Assembly: GCA_964016885.1 (NCBI GenBank)
Contig: OZ024756.1
Coordinates: forward strand, 22,630,001-22,694,000
DNA from: Eledone cirrhosa
Lineage: Eukaryota
DNA length: 64,000 nucleotides
Reading direction: 5' to 3'
In this document: piece by piece, positions 13,985 to 26,419 of the stretch
Position numbering within the stretch: the first letter of the stretch is position 1
Layout: every line of letters starts with the position of its first letter
Translations under genes and position numbers: made by a program
Notes under the pieces: generated by a model
Databases searched by the model: none
Told to the model about the DNA's origin: nothing
The model's input: the letters and a program-made list of their open reading frames with translations, nothing else

Positions 13985-14395
13985 ATCGATCTGGCCAGAC
14001 TCTGGAATCAAAAGCTTGTGGGACCCATGCTGTTGAAACTACGCATCGAGTGCTCACTCGGGTGAACCTACACTGACTGCACGTTACACTCCCTATATAT
14101 ATATATATAAGTTTAATATATATATATTTAATATAGAAATGACTTCTACAGGACTAGAACTGTTTCATCCGGTTGAACACGGGTTAAACTTATATATATA
14201 TATATAGGGAGTGTAACGTGCAGTCAGTGTAGGTTCACCCGAGTGAGCACTCGATGCGTAGTTTCAACAGCATGGGTCCCACAAGCTTTTGATTCCAGAG
14301 TCTGGCCAGATCGATACATATCGAAACTTGAGCTGATCAATAGCGAAACGCGCGTCATTATACAGTAAACATAATAAAGGCATAATAAATTGTCA

Positions 14396-14400
<5 letters not shown>
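13985..14400. mobile_element. Inverted duplication around a TA tract; right arm continues into a hammerhead 3' half
   Basis: 13985-14093 is the reverse complement of 14208-14316. GCT gatcaat AGC-GAAAC GCGC GTC lies at 14331-14356, followed by AATAAA. Confidence 0.7.
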
Positions 14401-14433
<33 letters not shown>

Positions 14434-14435
<2 letters not shown>

Positions 14436-14614
14436 GGCAGTATTGGTAGAGGGTCAGACGCCATGATTGCAGCATCGAGTTACGCCCCTTTATGATTGGA
14501 GTTCAAATCCCAGTGAAGTTAAGTTTGCCTTTCATCCTTATAGGGTCGATAAAATAAAGTAGCAGTAATATACTGGGATAATTGGTGGCCTTGTACCAAA
14601 TGTAGAAACAATTA
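14434..14614 (+). mobile_element. SINE family 1
   Basis: Matches 11548-11736. Confidence 0.85.
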
Positions 14615-14615
14615 T

Positions 14616-14736
<121 letters not shown>

Positions 14737-14748
14737 GCTCGTCTGTGA

Positions 14749-14803
<55 letters not shown>

Positions 14804-15397
14804 ATTTCCAGTAAATGAATAGAAGACTTGAAACAAAAAAGACTACACAAAACTCTGACGATGGATGCATCACCAACACTAAATAACTTCCTTCTCACAA
14901 CTATTCGACTATTCACCAAGCGTGATCAAGTGCAATAGAGAAATCAATACACGTTGCACAGATCGATAATGCAGTCGCTGCAGTAGCTGGAGTCGCTTCA
15001 GTTGCTGCAGCAACCTGTTGTAGTTCTTGTATATAGTAATAGCGATAGTAACAAGGTTGCAGAATGGTGCAGCATTAATGAAAAACTTATCAGCTGCCAT
15101 ACAAGAATTTCGTGAAGCTGAAGCCGTTCAACATTGATTGATATATATAATGTGTCATTTGGTGCACAATTTGACCGTAAAAACTGAGGTTATTAAACTT
15201 ATGTCAGCTAGATTACATTCCTGCACATGCATACATTGTGGCTGCTGTTGCAGTTAGGAGAATTAAATGTGCAGCGATTTGTAGTCTCTGGGTAAATAGT
15301 CCGTAACTCAATCTGTTAATACATTCTCATATAGCTATTGGTTATTCAAATACCTACACACACATGATGATATATATACATAGAGGGAGAGAGAAAG

Positions 15398-15440
<43 letters not shown>

Positions 15441-15449
15441 CTGTCTCTG

Positions 15450-15488
<39 letters not shown>

Positions 15489-15603
15489 TAATATCTTTTT
15501 AATTTTTTAAATTATTTTTTAATTATTTTTTTATTTTTTTATTTTTATTTTTTTTTTTTTTTAACTATTGTTTAATTAATTATTATTATTATTTTTTATT
15601 TAT

Positions 15604-15702
15604 GAGGTTGACTTTGCCTTTCATCCTTACGGGGTCGATAAAATAAAGTACCAGTAATGCACTGGGTAATTACTGGCCTTGTGCCTAAAGTAGAAACAAT
15701 TA
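15604..15702 (+). mobile_element. SINE family 1, 5'-truncated
   Basis: Central domain and tail only. Confidence 0.8.
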
Positions 15703-15999
15703 TTATTATTTTTTATTTTTTACTTTATATTTTTTTTTTTATTATTTTTTTTATTATTTTTTTTTTCTATTTTTTTTATTTAATATTTTTTAAAAATTAT
15801 TTTTGAGTATTCTTTCTTTTTGCTTTTTTCTTTATTTTATTTTTCCTTACTTTTCCTTATTTTTCCTTACTCTGACTAACAACCTTATTATGTATCTTCT
15901 CCATTCTCACTATTATCCTATGATCCTGTACCATATATCTATTGTTCTTATGATGTAGGCCGGTAGAGCTTATCTTCATTATTGTATTTTTGTTTTCAA

Positions 16000-16046
16000 C
16001 GCTCTGGTGAGTCCTGCCCCATGGTATGGATGAAACACTGTCAGCG
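16000..16046 (+). ncRNA. Type I hammerhead motif with one core substitution
   Basis: CGCT-CTGGTGA-GTCC...GGAT-GAAAC ACT GTC^-AGCG, followed by AATAAA and then (TA)n at 16080. Confidence 0.7.
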
Positions 16047-16236
16047 AATAAAAGTTGATTGATGTTATAAGGCTCTTATTATATATATATATATATATAT
16101 ATATAATTGGATATATGAGAGGGGTGAACACAGATATAAGTATACATGTGTTATAACTCAATCTATATGTGTATATATACATATATATATATATGTATAT
16201 ATACATAAATATATATATATATGTATATATACATAC

Positions 16237-16267
<31 letters not shown>

Positions 16268-16297
16268 CATATATATATACATATATATATACATATA

Positions 16298-16387
<90 letters not shown>

Positions 16388-16429
16388 CATATATATATAT
16401 ACATATATATATATATAGAGAGAGAGAGA

Positions 16430-16660
16430 GATGCGGAAGGTAAACGGAAACCGCAAAGCAAACAATACGGTGAGTTGATGAAATATATTAGTCTAACGTT
16501 TGATAGTGTAGAAAAAGTGTGTTTACGTTTCAGACAGTAGTTCTTCATCAGAAGATAAACAGATGAAATAGAAATATAGAGTGTGAACAGAGGAAGAAAC
16601 GGAAAAAAATGTATCAGTCAATCAAGGCACGTCTGTATCCAATTACCCATATTAGTATAA
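16430..16660 (-). mobile_element. Penelope-like terminal fragment with hammerhead-like core
   Basis: The minus strand reads CTGATGA-aga actactg tct-GAAACGTA (16524-16551). The downstream tail resembles 27430-27545 in organisation. Stem I is not evident. Confidence 0.5.
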
Positions 16661-16974
16661 TACATGTATGATATATATATATATAAATATATATAAATAT
16701 ATATATATATGTGTGTGTGTATGTGTGTTTGTGTGTGCGTGTGTGCGTATGTGTGCGTGTGTGGGTATGTGTCTGTGTATAAATTCAGGGCCCCGACGGC
16801 TGAGCTGCGGCCGTTCCAACAGCTAGATCCGTGTTTTGATCCTGAATTTTTTTATATTACCCACTCTACTATCCCAAGTATCGTGTATTCTGGTGATTAA
16901 TGGTCTAACTGGTTTTTACCGCCTCCAATCTGATATATAAGTATATATACATACATGCATACATATATATATAT

Positions 16975-17405
16975 ATACAATATATAGAGGGGAAAGACAC
17001 AGAAGAGTGTGTTTTTCATTACAGGAATTTCGAACCACCAGCGTGAGAAGAATATAAGCTACTAGAGGTATTGGTAAAACATTAAAATTAAAAGTATAAA
17101 TTGAAATGAAAAACCATCCTCACCTAAATCACACATGTACACACTCACCAGGAGCATGTTTCGCCATTTTAGTGGGTTCCAATACGGCCCGGTGGGTAAT
17201 CTGCATGTGGAGGCTAATATTGTTCGCACTACTACAGAGAGAACTAAAATAAAGGTGAGGATGGTTTTTCATTTCAATTTATACTTTTAATTTTAATGTT
17301 TTACCAATACCTCTTGTAGCTTATATTCTTCTCACGCTGGTCATTCGAAATTCCTGTAATGAAAAACACACTCTCCTGTGCCTTTCCCCTCTATATATTG
17401 TATTT
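16975..17405. repeat. Long inverted repeat insertion
   Basis: 16976-17125 and 17252-17403 are near-perfect reverse complements around a ~125-bp spacer. Confidence 0.85.
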
Positions 17406-17702
17406 TAAAGTGCCCAGGATAACTATATCACTCTCAACTTCTAACATCCTAACAGTAAGAGAACCATTTAATATCCCTTAATCAACACGTTGCAGTATGG
17501 TGCAGTTAAATCGAAGATTCTTTAATTATAAGATAATAGATCAGTGATTGTGCTATCAATGATCTTTTTCAGAAACCTGTTGCTTCACGCTGGAAACTAT
17601 TGTAATCTATGCGAGTTATTCTTTCGATTTACTAAATACACACGCATTCTCACACAAGCTTATATATATTTATATATATATATAAATATATATTTATATA
17701 TT

Positions 17703-17733
<31 letters not shown>

Positions 17734-17747
17734 ATATTTATATATAT

Positions 17748-18105
17748 GTAGGAGGTGAGTTTTATTGTAGTACAATAAAGCAATGCAGATATCGGATAAG
17801 AAGCACTCTACAGTTTGTAGGACTGGAGTATACATAATATATAAGATCAAAAGATTGTTAAAGGAGTTCCATGCACCCCACCATGCGCATTTCAAAAACA
17901 AACATCATCATGCAATAACATTTGTGTTTTCATCATTTGTGTTTGGAACTGCACTATCCGCAAGTGTTTTTTGGCCTTCATATCATGTCCTCCTGTTTTA
18001 TCTGATGAAAACACAAATGTTATTGCATGATGATGTTTGTTTTTGAAATGCGCATGGTGGGGCGCATGGAACTCCTTTAACCATCTTTTGATCTTATATA
18101 TTATA
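17748..18105. mobile_element. Palindromic insertion in (TA)n with hammerhead-like core
   Basis: Arms at ~17835-17935 and ~18003-18105. CTGATGA-aaacacaaatg...tgtttgttttt-GAAATGCGCAT lies at 18002-18055. The left terminus GTAGGAGGTGAGTTTTATTGTAGTACAAT also occurs at 4710-4738. Confidence 0.72.
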
Positions 18106-18118
18106 TTTATATATATAT

Positions 18119-18178
<60 letters not shown>

Positions 18179-18221
18179 TTTCATTTATATATATATATAT
18201 ATATATATTTCTATATTTCTA

Positions 18222-18250
<29 letters not shown>

Positions 18251-18253
<3 letters not shown>

Positions 18254-20451
18254 TCTTTTATTTGCCACTAGGGCATCAAAAGTGGGACAAGTACAAAGGG
18301 GGGAGTTTACACAAAAAGGCGTCCTCAATAAGGAGAAGGCAATAACAAAATATAAAAATAAAATAAGATATAACAAAAAATAAAATTTTTAACAAAATCC
18401 TCAATAGAGAGGAGGCGCCTTGGGGGGTCGCACACACCCCCGAAAAAAGTGTGCAACCCTTCTCCTCAGGTGCACAGAGAAGGGGTGCTCCCTTGGTCTT
18501 TTATCTTCCTCACCTATAGTCTGATGTAGAGTGAAGGCCCATTCACACGGGCCATTCTCGCCACTTTCACCCATCTTTCATAGAAACGGCTGGGGTGCAG
18601 CACCTCTCTCTCCATCCTGATCCTTCTTCCGAAATGATATCGGAAGAAACGGACCAGTTGTTGGCCAGAGAGAAAGGTGCCCGACCTCAGTCCTTTCAGA
18701 CGCGTCCACCATACAACCTCTTTCGCCATGGCTATTACGCACAGAAACACCGCCTCTGCTTCATCTTTGAAGGGGGGAGGCGGCTTGATCATTACAATCG
18801 ACTCGGTGGTCAACCGGATCGGTCCCACCCTTGACAGCAGTTGTTCGACATAGCCCCACAGATCGGCTACGCCCGAGCAGTGTACTAATGCGTGTGCAAC
18901 GGTTTCCTCGTCGCACACGCATCTGGGACAGATCTTTTTGGCGGGGTCCCTACCCGGGCGCCCGTGTCTGTAGAGCCTTTCTCGAACGGGTAAAGCCCCT
19001 CGGTAGCACTGCCAGGCCAGGGACTTCTGGAAGTTGTCCATAGGTCCCGGGCTGAATGTCCTACCGAACAGGCTGGCCAGTTCGTCCTCCTCCATGTCTA
19101 GGGCTTCTCCGAGGGCGTCGTCGCACCTGCTGCGTACCAGCCCTCTATAGAATGTTGCGGTGGAGTCTCCACTGATAACCGGATCCGCCTGCCAGAGGGC
19201 GGTGAGCGCCTGGGCACACTCAGTGTGCCAGGCGCCCAGTTTTCTCGGTCTTTGCTTGACCCAGGATTGCAGCTCGGTGAGTGAGACGAGTTTGGGAAAG
19301 GTTCGTCTCACAAACGAGGCCCACACCGGTTGTCCGGTGAGGAATACGTAGAGGTGCCGTAGCCTTAATGCGTGTTTACGCATCATTAGCCACGGCATCC
19401 CCAGCCCTCCTTTCGAAGGGTGTTGACAGCAGATGGATCTCCTCACCATAGGAGCCCGCCTCTTCCAAAGGAATTGGAAGAGCGCGCGCTCCATCTTGGT
19501 GAGGGTTTCCCTTGGGCAGGGCACTACGGTCAGGCGGTAGTAGATGACGGACGCTATGTAGGTGTTCGCCACCTCCGCCCGACCTTTCAGGGATAGTTTG
19601 CAACTGGCCCACTTCTGGGTCAGTGCAAACACCCTGTTCGTAACCTCCGCCCAGTTTTTCTCCACCTGGAGGTCCGGTCCGAACCAGACCCCGAGCAACT
19701 TCACCGGGCCCTCCGTCCAGCGTCCGACGACGCTATCGGAGGGCATCGGTCTGCCCCTCCACGTGCCGAGTTGCAAACCGATCGACTTGTCCCGGTTCAG
19801 CTTAGCCCCTGTGAACTTTTCGTACTCCTCCAGTAAGGTGCCGACCGCCTCGATTTCGGAGGCCGTCGACACCATTACTGTCACGTCATCGGCGTAGGCC
19901 GACACCGCTTTCCGCAATCCCGGTTCCAAAGGGATGCCCTGCAACAACTCCAACTTCCGCAGTAGTGGCTCGAGAGTCAACACATACAGAAGGGAGGAGA
20001 GAGGGCACCCTTGTCGGATGGACCGCGCGATTTTGAACGGCTCCGAGAGGTAGCCGTTCACCTTGACCCTAGAGCAGATGCGGCTGCTGTGCATAGCAGT
20101 GATCCAGCCCCTGAAAACGGGTCCGAAGCCTGCCGCCGCTAGCACCGCATCCAGGTAACCATGGTCGACCCTATCGAACGCCTTAGATTGATCCAAGTTG
20201 ATCAGAGCCCCACCAAAGCCGGGTTCGTTCCCAACCCTCTCTATGATGTATCGCATGAGGTGGAGGTTGTCATGGATGGACCTGGACGGGATAGCGCATG
20301 TCTGCGCATCTCCCACCAGGTTGCCCACGACAAGCGCCAACCTCTTTGCTAGCACCTTGGCCAAAATCTGTAACTCTGTATTTAGCAGTGTTATGGGCCT
20401 GAAGTTACTTATTTCGTCCCCCTTGTTCTCGTCCTTCCTCACTAGCGTGAC
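18251..20451 (-). mobile_element. 5'-truncated Tx1/L1-clade LINE inserted in (TA)n
   Basis: RT ORF plus 3' UTR ending GCAAATAAAAGAAAT then (AT)n. TA repeats lie on both sides and the element is visibly more GC-rich than its flanks. Confidence 0.92.
18514..20451 (-). CDS. LINE ORF2 fragment: reverse transcriptase plus C-terminal CCHC zinc knuckle
   Basis: Motifs NFRPITLLNTE, LDQSKAFDRV, RQGCPLS, AYADDV and CPRCVCDEETVAHALVHC lie in one open frame. The first residues of the track ORF come from the TA flank. Confidence 0.92.
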   Translation of the reverse strand, partial: VTLVRKDENKGDEISNFRPITLLNTELQILAKVLAKRLALVVGNLVGDAQTCAIPSRSIHDNLHLMRYIIERVGNEPGFGGALINLDQSKAFDRVDHGYLDAVLAAAGFGPVFRGWITAMHSSRICSRVKVNGYLSEPFKIARSIRQGCPLSSLLYVLTLEPLLRKLELLQGIPLEPGLRKAVSAYADDVTVMVSTASEIEAVGTLLEEYEKFTGAKLNRDKSIGLQLGTWRGRPMPSDSVVGRWTEGPVKLLGVWFGPDLQVEKNWAEVTNRVFALTQKWASCKLSLKGRAEVANTYIASVIYYRLTVVPCPRETLTKMERALFQFLWKRRAPMVRRSICCQHPSKGGLGMPWLMMRKHALRLRHLYVFLTGQPVWASFVRRTFPKLVSLTELQSWVKQRPRKLGAWHTECAQALTALWQADPVISGDSTATFYRGLVRSRCDDALGEALDMEEDELASLFGRTFSPGPMDNFQKSLAWQCYRGALPVRERLYRHGRPGRDPAKKICPRCVCDEETVAHALVHCSGVADLWGYVEQLLSRVGPIRLTTESIVMIKPPPPFKDEAEAVFLCVIAMAKEVVWWTRLKGLRSGTFLSGQQLVRFFRYHFGRRIRMEREVLHPSRFYERWVKVARMARVNGPSLYIRL

Positions 20452-20464
20452 TATATATATATAG

Positions 20465-20880
<416 letters not shown>

Positions 20881-20892
20881 TTATATATTTTC

Positions 20893-20936
<44 letters not shown>

Positions 20937-20946
20937 ATGTCCATTA

Positions 20947-20984
20947 CGAGCTGAGGATCCGCTAAGGGGAAACAATTGTTCTCG
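20947..20984 (+). ncRNA. Minimal type I hammerhead motif (same family as 3341-3380)
   Basis: CGAG-CTGAGGA-TCC gctaa GGG-GAAAC AATT GTT^-CTCG, within an ~80-bp insert between (TA)n tracts. Confidence 0.75.
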
Positions 20985-21013
20985 GTATGGTGAAATAACT
21001 GTTGTGTAACTAC

Positions 21014-21049
<36 letters not shown>

Positions 21050-21167
21050 CAGAATGGAATCAGTTTGAAACTGGTTAGACCATTACTCAATAGAGTACTC
21101 AATACTTGGGATATTAGAGTGTGATTAGATAAATAGATAGACAAATAAATACATAGAATAGTAGTTA

Positions 21168-22386
21168 GATAGGTAGGTAGGTAGGTAGGTAGGTAGGTAG
21201 GTAGGTAGGTAGGTAGGTAGGTAGGTAGGTAGGTAAGTAGGAATGTAGGTGGATAGATAGATAGATATGTAGATGGGTATGTAGTGGGTAGGTAGGGAGG
21301 TAAGTAGGTAGGGAGGGAGGGAGGGAGGGAGGGAGGGAGGGAGGGAGGGAGGGAGGGGAGGAGGTAGGTAGATAGGTAGGTAAGTAGGTAGGTAGGTAGG
21401 TAGGTAGGTAGGTAGGTAGGTATATAGGTAGGTAGGTAGGTAGGTAGGTAGGTAGGTAGGTAGGTACGTAGGTAGGGAGGTAGGTAGGGAGGTAGGTAGG
21501 GAGGTAGGTAGGGAGGTAAGTGGGTAGGTAGGTAGGTAGGTAGGTAGGTAGGTAGGTAGGTAGGTAGGTAGGTAAGTAGGTAGGTAGGTAGGTAGGTAAG
21601 TAGGTAGGTAGGTAGGTAGGTAGGTAGGTAGGTAGTTGGTAAGTAGGTAGGTAGGTAGGTAGATAGGTAGGTATGTAGGTATGTATGTAGGTAGGTAGGT
21701 AGGTAGGTAGGTAGGTAGGGAGGTAAGTAGGTAGGGAGGGAGGTAAGTAGGTAGGTAGGTAGGTAGGTAGGTAGGTAGGTAGGTAGGTAAGTAGGTAGGT
21801 AGGTAGGTAAGTAGGTAGGTAGGTAGGTAGGTAGGTAGGTAGGTAGGTAAGTAGGTAGGTAGGTAGGTAGGTAAGTAGGTAGGTAGGTAGGTAGGTAGGT
21901 AGGTAGGTAGGTAGGTAGGTAGGTAGGTAGGTAAGTAGGTAGGTAGGTAGGTAGGTAGGTAGGTAGGTAGGTAGGTAGGGAGGTAAGTAGGTAGGTAGGT
22001 AGGTAGGTAGGTAGGTAGGTAGGTATATAGGTAGGTAGGTAGGTAGGTAGGTATGTAGGTAGGTAGGTAGGTAGGTAGGTAGGTAGGTAGGTATGTAGGT
22101 AGGTAGGTAGGTAGGTAGGTATGTAGGTAGGTAGGTAGGTAGGTAGGTAGGTAGGTAGGTAGGTAGGTAGGTAGGTAGGTTTGTAAGTAGGTAGGTAGGT
22201 AGGTAGGTAGGTAGGTAGGTAGGTAGGTAGGTAGGTATGTAGGTAGGTAGGTAGGTAGGTAGGTAGGTAGGTAGGTAGGTATGTAGGTAGGTAGGTAGGT
22301 AGGTAGGTAGGTAGGTAGGTAGGTAGGTAGGTAGGTTTGTAAGTCGGTAGGTAGGTAGGTAGGTAGGTAGGTAGGTAGGTAGGTAG
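21168..22386. repeat. (TAGG)n microsatellite, ~1.2 kb
   Basis: Direct reading. Confidence 0.98.
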
Positions 22387-22449
22387 ATAGCTAACTAGAT
22401 AGATAGAATAAATCCCCAATGAATTGAGGACTTATGTTAGAATACATGG

Positions 22450-22800
22450 TGCCTCTCTCTTTCACTATCTCTCTCTTTCTATCGCTCTCACTGAAGGCCT
22501 CTCTCTGTCTCTATCTCTCTTACTTAGTTCCTCTCTCTCTCTTTCTATCGCTCTCACTTAAGGCCTCTCTCTTTCTCTATTTCTCTCACTTAGTAGGCCT
22601 CTCTCTTTCTCTCACTATCTCTCTCACTTAAGGCTTCTCTCCTCCTCTATCTCTCTCGCTTAGTAGCTCACTCTCTCTCTCTATCGCTCTTACTTAGGGC
22701 CTCTCTCTTTCTCTCTCACTTTGTAGCTCTCTCTTTCTCTCTCTATCGCTCTCACTTAAGGCCTCTCTTTATCTCTCTCAATTAGTACGTCTCCCTCTTT
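22450..22800. repeat. CT-rich degenerate minisatellite
   Basis: Recurrent CTATCGCTCTCACTTAAGGCCTCTCTC. Confidence 0.8.
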
Positions 22801-23159
22801 ATCTCTCTCTCTCTCCATCTCTCTCTCTCTTTATCACTGTCACGTAAGAGATCATTTAGTGTATTCATTATCAATTAGAATCAGAAACGCCTGCTTACAC
22901 ACACACACACACACAGGCATACACATAGGCACACATATATACACACACACATTCACACTCACAGAAATACATACATATACACTCACTTACACACTGTTGA
23001 ATTCAACGCAATTCACGGTATATTTTATGATTTTATTGTTTAATTAGATTTCAATCGTTATAGCATCTGAGTAGCCATTATGGCGGCCATTTTATCAGGA
23101 TTCTAGTGATATTGATACTGAATAACACTTGATGTTTCTATTGCTGAATGTTTTAGTGA

Positions 23160-24662
23160 TGGTGGACATAGTGGTGGTGGTGGTAGTGGTTGGTGTAGTA
23201 GTGGTGGTGGTGGTGGTAGTGGTTGGTGTAGTAGTGGTTGTCTTGATGGTGGGGTGTAGTTGTTATTGGTGGTGGTGGTAGTGGTTGGTGTAGTAGTGGT
23301 GGTCGTGATGGTGGGGTGTAGTTGTTATTGGTGGTGGTGGTAGTGGTTGGTGTAGTAGTGGTGGTCGTGATGGTGGGGTGTAGTTGTTGTTGGTGGTGGT
23401 GGTGGTGGTTGGTGGTCGTGGTGTTGGGGTGTTGTTGTTGTTGGTGGTGGTGGTGGTGGTAGTGGTGGTAGTGGTTGGTGTAGTAGTGGTGGTCGTGATG
23501 GTGGGGTGTAGTTGTTATTGGTGGTGGTGGTAGTGGTTGGTGTAGTAGTGGTGGTGGCGTGTTGTTGTTGTTGGTGGTGGTGGTAGTGGTTGGTGTAGTA
23601 GTGGTGGTCGTCTTGGTGGTGGTGGTGGTGGTGGTGGTAGTGGTTGGTGTAGTAGTGGTGGTCGTGGTGGTGGCGTGTTGTTGTTGGTGGTGGTGGTGGT
23701 AGTGGTTGGTGTAGTAGTGGTGGTCGTGGTGGTGGCGTGTTGTTGTTGTTGGTGGTGGTGGTAGTGGTTGGTGTAGTAGTGGTGGTCGTGGTGGTGGGGT
23801 GTAGTTGTTATTGGTGGTGGTGGTAGTGGTTGGTGTAGTAGTGGTGGTCGTCTTGGTGGTGGTGGTGGTGGTAGTGGTTGGTGTAGTAGTGGTGGTCGTG
23901 GTGGTGGGGTGTTGTTGTTGTTGGTGGTGGTGGTGGTGGTAGTGGTTGGTGTAGTAGTGGTGGTCGTGGTGGTGGGGTTTTGGTGGTGGTGGTAGTTGTT
24001 GGTGTAGTAGTGGTGGTCGTGGTGGTGGGGTGGTGGTTATGGGGTGTTGGTGGTGGTGGTAGTGGTTGGTGTAGTAGTGGTGGTCCTGGTAGTGGGGTGT
24101 TAGTGGTGGTGGTAGTTGTTGGTGTAGTAGTTGTGGTCCTGGTGGTGGGGTGTTGGTGGTGGTGGTAGTGGTTGGTGTAGTAGTGGTGGCGTGTTGTTGG
24201 TGGTGGGGTGTTGATGGTGGTGGTAGTGGTTGGTGTAGTAGTGGTGGTGTCGGTGGCTATGGTGGTGTAGGTGGTTATGGTGGCGCTGGATGTGGTGGTG
24301 TAGGTGGTGTAGGTAATGGAGATGGAGCTGGTTATGGTGGTGCTGGATGTGGTGGTGTAGTAGGTGTCGGTGGTTGTGGTGGTGTAGGTGGTGTGGTGGC
24401 TATGGTGGTGTAGGTGGCTATGGTGGTGCTGGGTGTGGTGGTGTAGGTGGTGTAGGTGGCTATGGTGGTGTAGGTGGTTATGGTGGTGTAGGTGGTTATG
24501 GTGGTGCTGGGTGTGCTGGTGTAGGTGGTGTAGGTGGCTATGGTGGTGTCGGTGGCTATGGTAGTGTAGGTGGTTATGGTGGTGCTGGGTGTGGTGGTGT
24601 AGGTGGTGTAGGTGGCTATGGTGGTGTGGGTGGTTATGGTGGTGTAGGTGGTTATGGTGGAG
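23160..24662. repeat. (GGT)-rich higher-order minisatellite
   Basis: Recurrent GGTAGTGGTTGGTGTAGTAGTGGTGG, then GGTGGTTATGGTGGTGTA units. Confidence 0.9.
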
Positions 24663-25039
24663 CTAGTATTCCTGTTACGGATGTTATCAGGTAATGAGTT
24701 GATATGAAGGAACGCTGCATCTGTGAAGTTGGTGATGATAACAGTGTTAGTTTTGAAGGTGCTATTGGTTAAAGTAACGTTGTTGTTAGAGATGGTGATG
24801 ATGATGCTGTTGTTGCTGATGCTGTGAAAGAGGATTGCTGTACGGCGATGATGATGATGGTGGTGGTGGTGCTGCTGCTGCTGCAGCAGCTATAGGAGGT
24901 GATTGTTCTATTAGCGATGGCTTGGATTTAGAAACGATGGATGCGATGATGGTGATGGTGATGGTGATGGTGATGCTGATATTATTGGTGTAGAGATGGC
25001 TTTAGAAACGAGACTGATGGTGACGACAATGCATTTTAT

Positions 25040-25460
25040 GTAGGGATGGCTTTAGAAACGATGATGGTTGTGGGGATGATGGTGGGGATGGTGAGGATAT
25101 TGTTGGTGTAGGGATGGCTTTAGAAACGATGATGGTTGTGGGGATGATGGTGGGGATGGTGAGGATATTGTTGGTGTAGGGATGGCTTTAGAAACGATGA
25201 TGGTTGTGGGGATGATGGTGGGGATGGTGAGGATATTGTTGGTGTAGGGATGGCTTTAGAAACGATGATGGTTGTGGGGATGATGGTGGGGATGGTGAGG
25301 ATATTGTTGGTGTAGGGATGGCTTTAGAAACGATGATGGTTGTGGGGATGATGGTGGGGATGGTGAGGATATTGTTGGTGTAGGGATGGCTTTAGAAACG
25401 ATGATGGTTGTGGGGATTTGTGAAGATGATGATGGTACTGTTGGTGTAGGGATCGCTTTC
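25040..25460. repeat. 68-bp minisatellite, ~5.5 copies
   Basis: GGGATGGCTTTAGAAACG at 25043, 25111, 25179, 25247, 25315 and 25383. Confidence 0.92.
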
Positions 25461-25474
25461 GCAACGATGATGAT

Positions 25475-25762
25475 ACGATCAAAAGAACAGCCTGTTCGTG
25501 AAATTAACTTGCATGTGGTTGAGCATTCCACAGACACACGCGAACCCTTGCCTTAGTTCTCAGGGGGAGATTCAGCGTGACAGAGAATGGAACAGAAGGA
25601 GTGGCCCTTCAAATTATAAGTAAGACCCCTAATTTTAGCTGAATGGACTAGAGCAACGTGAAATAAAGTATCTTACGCAATGATACAACGCGCTGCCAGG
25701 AATCGAACTCACGGTCGTAAGATCGTCAACCGAATACCCCAACCAAGATGGCACGTACCTTC
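25475..25762 (-). mobile_element. SINE family 2
   Basis: Similar to 9400-9660. Confidence 0.72.
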
Positions 25763-26419
25763 ACTTCCTGATGCTAATACCAGTTGAATTACGTATATGT
25801 GAGAGTTAAAATAGTTCGCTAAGGACATTCAGTTATCTACATTTCAGAAATACTTCTCTTACAAATAGCGATTTATAAAATCTTAAATAGGATTTATGTC
25901 TAAAGCTGAGGATTTCACTTTAATGTAGAGTTACATAGGATTTACGTCAGGCTGAAGGATTTCTTTATCCTTGTCCAATTCATATACATACGAACTGACA
26001 AGAACGTTCATGCGTATGTATATTATTATTATTGTCGCATACTACACTGTCATTTATATCACTTTGCCTATGCATTACTTGTTTACAAATAAATGATTTA
26101 AAAACAACCAATAATATTTCTATATAAGTTTAAATCATAGTTAGATATACGCGGGTGAAGGGTTAGAACTAAATGCCTTCTGCAAAATACCCATATATGT
26201 AGTGAGAACACAGAATACAGAAAGGTTTGGATCGTAAGTTCCCGTTAAACTTCTTTAATTTCAGAGCATCTCATCCTTCCTTGCTCTTTCTCTTCTCCCT
26301 CACTCTTTCTCTCACCATAAGCACACAAACACACGCATGCAATACAAAAAAAAAAAAAAACACACACACGCGAACGCAAACATATACTCAGAGACACATA
26401 TATATAGGCAACGTATTTT

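Noticed and set aside
14810-15130. Possible host exon in unique-looking sequence
   Set aside because: Only short frames, no recognisable domain and no convincing splice pair.
21049-22419. 456-aa ORF of PTYL repeats
   Set aside because: It is a translation of the (TAGG)n microsatellite.
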